A stretch of DNA of 64,000 nt, from positions 1 through 64,000 of the forward strand of contig MCFH01000087.1 of assembly GCA_002104945.1 (NCBI GenBank). The letters run 5' to 3'. The notes below the pieces were generated by a model. It searched no databases, was not told where the DNA came from, and was given only the letters and a program-made list of their open reading frames with translations. The translations under genes and the position numbers were made by a program. Source of the DNA: Piromyces finnis finn (taxonomy: Eukaryota > Fungi > Neocallimastigomycota). How positions within the stretch are numbered: position 1 is the stretch's first letter; each line of letters begins with the position of its first letter. Of this stretch, positions 1-11,285 are shown piece after piece.

Positions 1-798
1 TCGAGTGGATTTTTCTTGTTCATTCAAAACATGGACCCCAGCATTATTAGTATGGTTTTCCTTTTTGGTTCTAATAGGGCATTCAGATAATCGGTGACCA
101 GGTTTACCACAATATAAGCAGAGATTCTCTTTCATTCGGCGGCTACGTTCTTCACTTGAAATGGGGCCAAAATTATTTTCCTTCTTGGGCTGAGTGGATT
201 TACTTGTAGATCTTTCTGAGGAGCGGGATTGGAAGCTTTGTTTAGAACGGAAACTTCTATTGGATCTTCTGTTTATTTCCTCTTGGTGGCATGCCAATCT
301 ACTTCCTATACGACTGGCTATTGTTTGTAAGTTTATCAAGGTAGAAGGGCCAGGAAACATCTGAAGGATATGGGTGGCGATTCTATCGTCCAACCCATCA
401 ACAAAAGCATCCATCTTGGCTTGTTCATTCCAAGTGGATTCATCAGCATAGTAGTTAAATTCCTTGATATACTCTTGAGTATTGGATAGGCCATGTTGTT
501 TGATCTTCTTGAGCTTTTGGTTGGCAGTATAGACCATATCCTGAAAACCAAAAGCAGCCTTCAGCTTTCCAACAAAGGCGCCATAATCCTGTAAGCAAGG
601 ATCATGGTTGTTAATCAAGGTAGCAGCCCAATTCATTGCATCCCCGTAGAGGCGACTAACGACGTAGAAGACCTTTTCTCCATCGTCCCTTCCTATTTCA
701 GGATGGATCATAAAGATCATGTCCATTTTGGCTAAGAATCCCTTCAGGTAGCGACGGTTGCCATCAAAACCGTTCTTCAAATCAGCAGAGTTATCCAT
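1..798 (-). CDS. gag: Gag portion of family A gag-pol (partial, open at the window edge)
   Basis: ATG at 798 ([11 protein letters not shown]...). Same sequence as the start of ORF 43499..47698, including the [14 protein letters not shown] zinc knuckle. Confidence 0.9.
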   Translation of the reverse strand, partial: MDNSADLKNGFDGNRRYLKGFLAKMDMIFMIHPEIGRDDGEKVFYVVSRLYGDAMNWAATLINNHDPCLQDYGAFVGKLKAAFGFQDMVYTANQKLKKIKQHGLSNTQEYIKEFNYYADESTWNEQAKMDAFVDGLDDRIATHILQMFPGPSTLINLQTIASRIGSRLACHQEEINRRSNRSFRSKQSFQSRSSERSTSKSTQPKKENNFGPISSEERSRRMKENLCLYCGKPGHRLSECPIRTKKENHTNNAGVHVLNEQEKSTR

Positions 799-867
799 AA
801 AAAAAATTAGAAGTAAGCAAATAAACGAGGCACTGAGGTAGCGATCTTTTTCTTAGAGTGTTTTTAT

Positions 868-1101
868 TGTAACGAAATATTATAATAATAAACACACACA
901 CTCTAATGTATCAAATATATGTATTTTTTTTAATAATGTTTATTTATTAAATTTATTATTATAATACGACTAACTCGCTAGGTCAGTGTATTATCAAACT
1001 AAAGACGAAACAAAAAAAAAAAAACTAATTTTTATTAATTATTAATAAAAACACTAAAGAACTATTTTATCTTTCTTATTCTCTCTTTTATACATGAAAA
1101 T

Positions 1102-1143
<42 letters not shown>

Positions 1144-1265
1144 CAATTTGATAAGTGAATTAATTACTTAATGATTGGTTATAAAAATATAATTATGAAA
1201 TTTTCATTAATCTAACCTTAATGATTTTCTAGTCTAACCCTTATCATTAGATATACCTCATTACA
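868..1265 (-). repeat. 5' LTR of A1
   Basis: TGTAATGAGG...CGTTACA on the minus strand. Matches the A2 LTRs apart from homopolymer lengths (notably the internal A-run). Confidence 0.93.
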
Positions 1266-1981
1266 TTAATATTAAAATCACAATTATTATTATTATCAAA
1301 ACTTATTAATATCATTATCAATATCAATTTTATTATTAAACAATTTATTAATATCAAATTTATCAATATTTTATTTTTAACTTTAGTAATATTAAAAAAA
1401 AAAAAATGTATTTTATTATATTAAATGTATTTTTATAATTAAGAAAATTCACTCCTTAGTTTAGTTTATTAAAAAAGAAAAACATATATTTAAATATTAA
1501 AATTCTAGATTCGTCTGGTATCCGAATCCTGGAGGAGGACCATGTAATGAATACTAGAAATAACTAAATTGTCTTAGTGGTTAGTAGCTAAGACTTTGAG
1601 TCTGAATGACACTAGTTCGAGACCTCATAGATACTATTTTAAAAAAATTATAATTTTATTTTATTTTATTTTATTTTTAAATTTTATTTTATATGAAGAT
1701 TATTGATTGGTTAAGAATTTTAAGTTGAAAAAATTTTATAAATTAATTTAAAAAATTTTTAGTATAAATACGAGTGAATTTTCCCAAATATTTTAAAGAA
1801 TCGAGATTTTATTAATAAATAATTATATTATTAAACACTAACTTATTAAGTTAAATTCTATGTGTTTTTAATGATATTTTTATAAATTAATAATTTACAG
1901 AATATTTTAAAGTGTTAATATTACTAAGTTATTTAGTAAATATTATAATTTGTTTTATTGTTAAAGACACATTTCTTTACA
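1266..1981 (+). mobile_element. Family K element, 3' end (3' UTR, PPT, 3' LTR 1543-1981), inserted in the integrase of J
   Basis: PPT GGAGGAGGACCA precedes TGTAATGAATAC...TTCTTTACA. The 35 nt before the LTR are identical to those of family C. The LTR end interrupts the J ORF at ...YVLSC. Confidence 0.85.
1571..1626 (+). other. Degenerate tRNA(Gln-UUG)-like module with Pol III A and B boxes in U3 of the K LTR
   Basis: TAGTGGTTAG (A box/D-loop, 1575-1584), TAAGA-CTTTGAG-TCTGA (anticodon arm, TTG at 1596-1598), GTTCGAGAC (B box, 1615-1623). No acceptor stem. Confidence 0.6.
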
Positions 1982-4900
1982 CGCATGAAAGGACATAATT
2001 TATAACGTCCTTTTTCAAATTTGGCCACCAATAGTAACGTTTAATTTTTTCTAGGGTCTTATCAATCCCTTGATGGCCATTAATTGGTGAATCATGGAAT
2101 GACTTAAGTATTTTTGCCTTGAGAGGTGAGGGAACGATAATACGATTTTGAAAATGGAGCACACCATTGATGACGGTGAAAAGAGAACTTTTGACCTTGC
2201 CAGAGTTGTCTTTAATTTTTTGAAAAGTTTCCTTGCAAAATTTATCTGTTTTTTGGAATTGAATTAAATGACTAATGTTATCATCTGTAGTACAGCAAAA
2301 CACATCATCTTCAATTATTCTATGGCAGTCGTTATCATGCTTTATCTTGTAGTCTGATCTCCTTGATAAGGAGTCAGGTTTTCCACCCCTGGAACCAGGT
2401 CTATAAGAGATTCTATAGTCAAATCTTGATAGAAACATGCTCCAGCGGATTTGTCTTTGACTTAATAGTTGTGGTTTTTTGAAGTATAAAAGGTTTCTAT
2501 GATCAGTAATAACTTGGACAGGAAATTTAGCACCCTCTAAGTGGTGCCTCCATGTATCGAACGCGGTAATAATGGCAAGGAGTTCCTTGTCATATATGGT
2601 GTAGTTACACTCAGCGTTATTTAATGAACGAGAATAAAATGCAATGGGGTGTAAGAGATTATCATTATTACTTACCTGTGAAAGGATACATCCTATTGCA
2701 AAATCACTGGCGTCTGTTTCTACCACAAATTCCTTCTCTGGATCAGGAAAAATGAGTATTTCATTAGTTAAAAAGGATTCTTTGAGCTTTGAAAAAGCAG
2801 TAGCAGCGATATTATCCCAATTAAACACAGAATTTTTTTTCAAGAGTTTGCGAAGTGGGTCCATTTTTTCAGCAAAATTTTTTATAAACCTTCTGTAGAA
2901 ATTACAGAGTCCTAGAAAGCTTTGAAGTTCTTTAATGTTTTTTGGTGTAGGCCATTCTAATATAGATTTCACTTTGTTTTTATCCATTAGGAGTCCATTA
3001 GTAGAGACAGTAAAGCCTAAAAAGGTGGTTTCCTTTACGTGAAAATCGCACTTTTCTAATTTTACATATAACCCATTATCGATTAAGGCTTTAAGAATTG
3101 TTCGAACATGACTAACATGATCCTTAAGGTTAGGAGAATATATTATAATGTCGTCCAAGTACACCTGGGCAAATGAACCTAAAACTTCCGCGAGAACATC
3201 TTGTATGAATCTTTGAAAAACGGATGGTGCATTACGAAGACCAAAGGGCATCACAAGATATTCGTAATGACCGATAGGAGTTCTAAAAGCCGTGAGATAT
3301 TCATGGCCTTCTTTAATACGTACAAGGTTGTACGCAGATCTTAAATCCAATCTGGTAAATATTGAAGCGCCTTTGAAAGATTCAATCATATCGTTTATTC
3401 TAGGAATAGGGTAACTGTTTCTAACTGTAATTGCGTTTAGTCGACGATAATCGACACATAAACGAAGGCTTCCATCATGTTTCTTTACAAAAAGTACAGG
3501 AGCTCCGGCTGGTGACTTCGACTTCCGAATAAAGCCTTTGTTCAAATTCTCTTTGACATATTCTCTTAAAGTTTTTTGTTCATCGATCGTAAGAGAATAT
3601 ATCGGACCAAAATATAACTGTCCACCTGGAATTAAGTCTATGGACATATCGTAGTCCCTATGAGGGGGGAGTACATCGGCCTTTTGCTTCTGAAACACTG
3701 TCGTCAAGTCATAATAATATTTTTTTAGGATTTGAATATTATTATTTTCAGCATTATCTTGAAAGCTGTCTAATTCTAAGATAGTAGCACAAACATCCTG
3801 GTCGTACAGTTCGTCTTCAGAGATTGAATCCGGGATAATTGAGTCATTATTCAAACTATTTACCATAGGAGCGGAGATTTCATCAGAATGGTATACAAAC
3901 TTATTGCCTTTTGCTGAAGGACAGTGTTTACCGCAGTACTTCTCCAAAAAGTATATTTTGTTAGTCTTATAATTTAAGAAAGGATTATGAATGGAAAGCC
4001 AATCACGTCCAAGTATTCCTGAGATTCCCTGAAGAAGCAAGTTCCCGATGCAGAATTCATATTTTTCTTCATGATCCATAATTCTTAATCTTAATGGTTT
4101 GGTTGCCTGCTTAATAATCATACTCTTACCATTGGGTAAATGTATATTGATTGGGGATGTCAACCCTACAGTAGGAATTTTATTTGCATTCGCGAAGGTT
4201 TTGCAAATAAAACTTCTAGCAGACCCTGAGTCAATAAGAAAGTTTATTTTTAAGTTTTTAGTTCCTAAGTTCAAAAAACACATAGTAGTTATTGTGTTCT
4301 GTTTATCAGGAGTGTAATTAGTAGTAGCAGAAAGAATACTATGTTTTGCTTTACTCTTTTTATGTCTATGAAATGGGTTTCCATTTTCTGTTTTGTTTAA
4401 TTCAGCTTTCTTTCTTCCAAATGATTTGCTGCCTTTCTTTTGCATTTCGGTATGTTTGTTTCTAATGCAATTTTCCAAAAAACATTTTTTGTCAAGGTTA
4501 ATTATAATATTTGTAGCTTCAAATAAACTATTTGGCTTATCCATTTTATCGTATTCCTCACGTACTCGATCAACGAGTCCTTTACCAATGATGTCAATAA
4601 AAACGTCATCTGGCCAACCGATTCTACTTGCCAACCTTCGAAATTCAATGGTATATTCAGTAACTTTCCCAAGTTGAAGCTGCTTTAGGTTCCATAACTT
4701 ATTTATAAGCATATATTTTTGCTTACGTTCGTCTCCGGTATCGAAGTTATTAAGGAGTAGTTTTTTAAATTCATTAAAACTGAGAGTCCTAAGCGTTCCA
4801 TCGATCAAAAGGGATAAACCCCACTTTCTAGCAATTCCATTAAGTTTATTTATAACAAACGCATTTTTTTCTTCGTCGCTAGTAAATGATTTAGGATGAT

Positions 4901-5108
4901 CCTTAAAGAATTCTTCGCTTTGGATTAATGTCTCTAGGACATTCTCTCTAGTGTTAGCTTCCTTTTCCTTCGATAATACACCGTTCGGAGAGAAGAAAGT
5001 GGGGATGAATTCCGTCATGGCTTCGATTAATTTAGAAGTCACAGTGCTCTTAGGGAATTCATCAGCATTAACTTCAACAGAGTCCTTATCAATACCATTG
5101 AGTTCCAT
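1977..5108 (-). CDS. gag-pol: Gag-Pol polyprotein of J (gag, protease, RT, RNase H, integrase zinc finger; truncated by K at 1981)
   Basis: Protease LIDSGS; RT RLCVDYRRLN, MPFGL and YLDD; RNase H ETDAS and TDHRNL; integrase HxxxxxxH...YYWW...C, then reads into the K LTR stop. Confidence 0.92.
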   Translation of the reverse strand: MELNGIDKDSVEVNADEFPKSTVTSKLIEAMTEFIPTFFSPNGVLSKEKEANTRENVLETLIQSEEFFKDHPKSFTSDEEKNAFVINKLNGIARKWGLSLLIDGTLRTLSFNEFKKLLLNNFDTGDERKQKYMLINKLWNLKQLQLGKVTEYTIEFRRLASRIGWPDDVFIDIIGKGLVDRVREEYDKMDKPNSLFEATNIIINLDKKCFLENCIRNKHTEMQKKGSKSFGRKKAELNKTENGNPFHRHKKSKAKHSILSATTNYTPDKQNTITTMCFLNLGTKNLKINFLIDSGSARSFICKTFANANKIPTVGLTSPINIHLPNGKSMIIKQATKPLRLRIMDHEEKYEFCIGNLLLQGISGILGRDWLSIHNPFLNYKTNKIYFLEKYCGKHCPSAKGNKFVYHSDEISAPMVNSLNNDSIIPDSISEDELYDQDVCATILELDSFQDNAENNNIQILKKYYYDLTTVFQKQKADVLPPHRDYDMSIDLIPGGQLYFGPIYSLTIDEQKTLREYVKENLNKGFIRKSKSPAGAPVLFVKKHDGSLRLCVDYRRLNAITVRNSYPIPRINDMIESFKGASIFTRLDLRSAYNLVRIKEGHEYLTAFRTPIGHYEYLVMPFGLRNAPSVFQRFIQDVLAEVLGSFAQVYLDDIIIYSPNLKDHVSHVRTILKALIDNGLYVKLEKCDFHVKETTFLGFTVSTNGLLMDKNKVKSILEWPTPKNIKELQSFLGLCNFYRRFIKNFAEKMDPLRKLLKKNSVFNWDNIAATAFSKLKESFLTNEILIFPDPEKEFVVETDASDFAIGCILSQVSNNDNLLHPIAFYSRSLNNAECNYTIYDKELLAIITAFDTWRHHLEGAKFPVQVITDHRNLLYFKKPQLLSQRQIRWSMFLSRFDYRISYRPGSRGGKPDSLSRRSDYKIKHDNDCHRIIEDDVFCCTTDDNISHLIQFQKTDKFCKETFQKIKDNSGKVKSSLFTVINGVLHFQNRIIVPSPLKAKILKSFHDSPINGHQGIDKTLEKIKRYYWWPNLKKDVINYVLSCV

Positions 5109-5290
5109 TATATTTAAATATAATTGTTATATAATATATATCACTAAAAAAAAATTTTTTTATTAATAAAATTTATATTATATATTTGAATACTTATATT
5201 TGTATATTTAAAATCACTATTATAAGAAAATAAACTATATGTCTTTTAATATTATCACTATATTTAATTATTATTATTATTTGTCTTAAA

Positions 5291-5296
5291 ATTTAA

Positions 5297-5327
<31 letters not shown>

Positions 5328-5450
5328 TAATTAATTGGAAATTTAATTTTTTTTTTTTTTTTTTTAAACTATTTAATTGGCAATTTAATTTTTTTTTTTT
5401 AAAACTATTTAATTGGTAATTTAAATTTTTTTTTTAATCTAATTGGCTAC
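5291..5450. repeat. About four degenerate tandem units (AATTTAA-Tn-AACTATTTAATTGG) in the J leader
   Basis: Visible repetition, with a T-run that shortens from unit to unit. Confidence 0.7.
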
Positions 5451-5483
5451 TTAAAATTTATCTATCTACAGTAGAGTTATTAT

Positions 5484-6315
5484 TGTAATAATTATTATAT
5501 ATTTAATAATAATTATTATCTACAATATAATAATACAAATCGTAATATGTATTATTAAATTGAGAAGTTTCTTAATAGTAAATAAAAATGAATACTTATC
5601 TTAAAGAGTTTATTATAAGTGAATTATAATAACAAACACAAAATATTAAGACTATCTTTAATGTAAATATTTTTTATGAATATAGTTTTTGAAAGGGTTA
5701 TTTATTATAATTGTCTTAAAATAATAACTCTGGATTCTTTAGTGGAATTCCAGAGTCCTTATATTTATAATTTTTTGATAATTTAAAGTTTAATAAAGAA
5801 TTTCTAATCTTAACAAATAATCTTTTTAGGAAAAGACTAGAAGAAAAACCTAAAAAGATATTCGATTGATAACTAATATATCAATCATCGTAATATTAAG
5901 TAAAACCGATTAAAATTCGGAAAAACCTTAATATCCGATTGTCCTAATATGTATTTATATTTTCTAATTGTTTCTATAAGTTATTTCAAGATACGATACA
6001 TAAATATAAAATACAAACGTAAAATAAAATATATAATGTTTCTTATAAAATGTAATACAAAAATTATTAATTAAAAAAATAAATGAATGTTTACTATTAT
6101 TTTAAATATATTACTAAATTAAATAAATAAATAATTAATATAGTAATTAAATAAATTTTAAATTAAGTAAATGAATAATTAATATCAATATAGATAAATG
6201 TTTATAGTAATTTAAATGAATGTATGCTAATAGTTTAAATAAATAATTAATTTAATAATTAAAAAATAATTAAATAAGAATTAATTTATACAAAAAATAA
6301 TTATTAATTCTTACA
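5484..6315 (-). repeat. 5' LTR of J (about 832 bp)
   Basis: TG..CA ends with 10/11 TIR. TATAAATA lies 38 nt upstream of the segment complementary to the PBS. Confidence 0.75.
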
Positions 6316-6370
6316 TTGTGATAAATAATGAAATTAATAAATATAAAATTATTATTAAACCTGATTTTCA

Positions 6371-7007
6371 TGTCAAGAGTTAGAGTGGATTTAGAATTAT
6401 AATTAAGTCTACTAGGTTAGGATAGGCTTAATTATATAGTAAATAATAAATTTTATAAATACAAGAGTAATAAATATAGTTTTTTAAGAAATATTTTATT
6501 TAATTTTTATAATATAAGTAAATGATAATTATTAATTTTAAATATTGAATTTACTATATAAAAATGAGTATAATAATCTCACAAAGAACTTCTTAAAGTT
6601 GTTCTTTGTTCAACTTATTTATACTTCATTTTTAATATAATGTTGATATTAATAAAGTATAATAATAATATAATTTAAGTTATACATGTATAATAATATA
6701 AATATAAATATTAATAAAATATAATAATAATAATATAATTTTCTTTAAATATCGATATTAATAAGTTGTTAAAAATAATATTAATAATTATTTAAATGAA
6801 TCTTATTTTACTAATTGGTTTGTTTAATATTAATTAATTGTTACACTATTTATCTCCGGATAATAAATAGCTTTCCAATTAATATTTATATTAAATAAAC
6901 TATTATTAGTAAAATATTATTAAATTAATATTTTAATTAATTTAACTATTAATTCAAAATTATGAAATTTCATGAAATGTCAAATTTCATGAATTGTGAT
7001 TTTGACA
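6371..7007 (-). repeat. 3' LTR of E1
   Basis: Direct repeat of 12414-13050 with TGTCAA..TTGACA ends. Confidence 0.95.
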
Positions 7008-7526
7008 ACGCCCTTCCACTAAAATTGGATACTAGACAATTTTTTGATAGTGGAATATCTTATATTGAATTTAAAATATTGAAATTTTAATATTTTCAAA
7101 ATTTTTGAAATTTCGAAATGGTCACATGAGGATGGAGGAATGAATTTTAAATGGCCATTTCGCGAAATTTCAAAAGTTGTCAAAAATTGGTAAAAATGAA
7201 ATTTTGTTATGAAATACATATATGTATTGTATGAAAAACATGTTTTTGTAATTTTTTGTGTTGTACAACTGTTATAATTGAAATTTTGATTTTTTTGAAA
7301 TTTTAAATTTCAATTTTAAAAGGTTTTTTATGTTTTTTGAAAATTTTAAAATTTAATATTGAAAATATTAATAATAATAAATTAAAAAATAAAATTTATA
7401 GTTGGAAAATAATGAATATAAAAATTTTTGAAATTTCAATTTTTAAATCTGTGATGGGTTAAATTGAAGTAATTTTGTATTATAATAGTTTTCTCATTTT
7501 TTTTCATTCTCTCTCTCTTTCTCTCT

Positions 7527-7565
<39 letters not shown>

Positions 7566-7571
<6 letters not shown>

Positions 7572-10500
7572 ATAAGCGATATCAATAGGCTTCCTATTGT
7601 TCTTTAAATATAATAAGAAGATATTTTGGTTTCTTGGGTTATCTTCAACTTCACTAGAAGGAACCCAATTATATTGAGAACGGTATTTGCATCTAATTTT
7701 GTATTCATACCGTTTAAGTTTATAATTAGTTCGAAATCCCGCAATCTCAATGATGTCTTTAATTGATTCGGGATCCTTTGCTCTTGATAAAAATCTTGAA
7801 GGGGTAGGAATAAAAGGTTCAAGTTCCGAAATATGGAAGATTGGATGATGTTTTGGGAAAGGAGAGTTGTGTATATCTATTTTATAATTGTTATTTTCCA
7901 AAACATATAAAACTTTATAGGGTCCATATTTACAAGGAGAAAGTTTTGGAGTTTCTTCCGTAGAAAAGGATGGAGGAGCTTGAATCCAAACTTTATCGCC
8001 AACTTTAAATATAGGAGGTGACATCCTTTTCTTATCGGCATGTTTTTTATATAAATCCTTGGCTCTAAATAAAACTTCTTTAACATAATTAAAATTATCA
8101 CAAACATTTCTAATAAAATTATTATTAGTATAGGATTTGTCATAAAGAAAAACATCATCAACGGGAGGGTGGAATCCATAGTTAATAAAGAAAGGACTTT
8201 GTTTGGTAGACTCATTAATAGAATTGTTATAAACAAATTCGGCTAAGTGAATCCATTCAACCCAATCATCATGATAATAGGACTTTGAATAACAGCGGAG
8301 ATATTGTTCAATAAAAGAGTTACATCTTTCAACTTGCCCGACCGTTTCATGATGATCAGTGGTAGCAATTTTAGTTTTAACTTTAAGTTCTTCCATTAAA
8401 TTATTCCAAAGATCACTAGTAAATTGAGAACCACGATCAGTATAAATATCAGAAGGCAATCCATGAAGTTTAAATATATTTTTAATAAAAGCTGTAGCTG
8501 TTTGTTTAGCATCGGGTATTTTCTTAAAAGGAACTAAATGAATCATTTTTGAAAATCTATCTACAGTAACCATTAGAACAGTATATCCTTTAGAATCAGG
8601 TAAACCACATAAAAAGTCAATTTCAACAGAACGCCATGGTCTATCAGGAGTTTCTAAAGGTTGTAAAGGACCATATTTTTTGTGTTTATTGAATTTGTTT
8701 CTAGTACAAGTTTCACAAGAATTAACAAATTCAGTTACATCTTTATGAATTTTTGGCCACCAATAGTTTCTAGTAACTAATTCTTCAGTTCTTTTAATAC
8801 CCAAATGACCAGCAGCAGGATTTTCATGGTATCGCATTAGTACTTCTAATCTTAAAGCTTCAGGAATATATATTAAATTATTATAAAGAATCATATTATT
8901 TTGAATCTTGAATTTATTCATTTTCCTAAAAGGTTTATAAAAATAACCTTGATTAGCATTATTTGGTGCAAAATATAATCTAATATCATTTGCGGTATCA
9001 TCTGTTTTAGTATATTCAATAACTTTATCAATAAAATCACTAAGAATTCCCACAAAACATGGAATATTTTTAACATTTTTTATATCTAAAATATTCTCAG
9101 GTTTAATTTGTTCATTACCAGAATTATAATCAGGTCTTCTAGAAAGACTATCAGGCTTACCATTTTTTCTTCCTTGGCGATAAATTAATTCAAAATCATA
9201 TTCCTGGAAGAAGAGATGCCAACGATGTTGACGTTGATTTTGAATTTTTCCACCTAAAGTATAAAGTAAATTACGGTGGTCTGTATAAACTTTTACTTTA
9301 AATTTAGCACCTAAAAGTAGATGTCGCCAAGCCGAAAAAGCAGATTTAATAGAAAGAAGTTCTTTATCTGTAATAGAATAATTCCTTTCTGTATCATTTA
9401 AACTTCTGGAAAAATAAGCAACAGGATGTAGTTTTTTATCATCATCATATTGAGATAAAACGGAACCTATTGCGAAATTACTGGCATCACATTCTACTAT
9501 GAACGGCCTATTAGTATCAGGAAAAACTAAAACGGGAGAAGTAATTAATTTATTTTGTAATTTTACAAAAGCATCATCACATGTCTTATCCCAATGAAAT
9601 TTAGCATTTTTCCTAGTTAAATTATGTAAAGGTTTGGCAATTTTTGCAAAATTATTAACAAACCTTCTATAATAATTACAAAGACCAAGAAAGCGTTGAA
9701 CATCTTTAATACATTTTGGTCTAGGCCATTCTTTAATAGCTTCGATCTTCTTTGGATCAGTAGAGATACCATTACTTGATATAGTGAAACCTAAGAATTC
9801 AACTTCATTTTTATGAAATTCACATTTTTCAAATTTTGCATATAAGTTGTTTTGTATTAATTTATCTAAAACAGATCTTACATGGTTGATATGATCGTTG
9901 AGATTTTCTGAGAAAATTAAAATATCATCCATGTATAAAATAACAAATTTATCCAAATATTCGCGTAATATTGAATTTATGAATGATTGGAATGTTGCTG
10001 GAGCATTTTTTAATCCATATGGCATTACTAAATATTCGTAATGGCCAAACTTTGTTCTAAAAGCGGTCTTATATTCATCACCTTCTTTTATTCTTATCAA
10101 ATTATAAGCTGATCTCAAATCTAATTTAGTGAAAATTTTTGAACCCCTAACCCTTTCAATGATATCTGATATTAAAGGTAAAGGATACGAATTCCTTACT
10201 GTTACAGAGTTTAACTTTTTGTAATCAATACAAACCCTTAGTGAGCCATCTTTTTTCTTCTGGAAAACAACAGGATAACCTGCAGGAGATTCAGAGGGTC
10301 TAATAAAACCTTTTTTAAGATTTTCATTAATATATTCTTGTAAGGCTTCTTCCTCTTGTCTTGACAAAGGATAAATAGGTCCATAATGTAAAGTGGCATC
10401 ATTTTCTAGGACTATTTTACAATCAGTTAAACGGTGTGGAGGTAACTTATCAGCTTTTGATTTGCTGAAAACAACAGCAAGATCTTTATATTCATTAGGG

Positions 10501-11252
10501 ATATCATCCATGATAAGGGTTAGGTCATTTTCTTCATCATCTTCAAAATCTTCGATATTTTCAGATAAAAATGAATGGATAAAATAATTGATATCACTCT
10601 TATTAGAAGACATAGAACTATTATCTTTAACTTGAAGATTAGATTTATGAGAGAAATTAGTAGAATTATTATTAGTATTATCGGAAAATGAATAATTAAA
10701 ATCTTTTTTAGAATGAGAAATTTTTAAATTTTTTGAAAAAATTTTTAAATTCTTATTATTGAAGTGTTTAAAATTATTACAATATAAATGATTATTTTTA
10801 TAATTAAAATGAATCTTAAATTTCTTCATGAATTTATTTCCAAATAATAAATCCATAGGAATATGTTCTGAAACTAAGAATTTTTCTTTAAAAGATATAA
10901 AATAAAATTTGTTTTTGATAAAAATTTTTAATTGAAATTTTAAATAAACATAATCATTGATATCAGTAGTAAACCCACTAATACCTTTTATAATCAATTT
11001 GTTTTTTAATTTTCTTTTAATTAAATTATATTTTTCTACAAATATGGTAGAAATAAAGTTGCATGAGGAACCTGAATCAAGTATTGAATTACAGGTTATT
11101 GGAGAATTGGTAATAAAATTAGAGTTGTTATTTAGAAATTCTTTAGGAATATATGAATTAAAGGTTAAAAATGAATTTAAATTGGGATTTTCTTTGTTCT
11201 CTAGAGATGGGAAATTATAATAAATAATTTTTGGTGTATTATGAACATCCAT
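7566..11252 (-). CDS. pol: Pol of E1 (protease, RT, RNase H, integrase, degenerate chromodomain-like tail), probably expressed by -1 frameshift from gag
   Basis: ILDSGS, YMDD, ECDAS, HLG...NYWW..C..C, DFL...DRGSQF...ER and YGPY motifs. The frame is open back to the gag slippery site. Confidence 0.95.
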
Positions 11253-11285
11253 TGACGTCTTATGGTGTTCATTGTTTAAAAATTT
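11241..11285 (-). promoter_or_regulatory. Predicted -1 ribosomal frameshift signal (A AAU UUU + 6-nt spacer + hairpin)
   Basis: Heptamer at 11285-11279 directly before the gag TAA. Stem ATGAACA-CCAT/ATGG-A-TGTTCAT. The -1 frame is open into pol. Confidence 0.75.

Larger units (their letters stand above)
1..1265 (-). mobile_element. Family A Ty3/Gypsy chromovirus, copy A1 (5' part; runs off the left edge)
   Basis: LTR 868-1265, leader and gag match the complete copy A2 (43049-48533) in reverse complement. Inserted in the 3' UTR of a family K element. Confidence 0.93.
1982..6315 (-). mobile_element. Family J Ty3/Gypsy element, 5' part (truncated in integrase by K)
   Basis: 5' LTR 5484-6315 with imperfect TIRs (TGTAAGAATTA / TGTAATAATTA), self-complementary PBS 5473-5483 and a single gag-pol ORF. 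Confidence 0.85.

Noticed and set aside
336-551. Short ORFs overlapping gag/pol in other frames or antisense (e.g. 336..551, 2644..2898, 7604..7822, 10393..10587, 25063..25473, 43746..43961)
   Set aside because: Shadows of the polyprotein ORFs. They recur only because the elements are repeated, and show no motifs.
6051-6315. A shorter TGT..ACA segment as the J LTR
   Set aside because: No PBS next to it. 5484-6315 has better TIRs, a TATA box and a self-complementary PBS.
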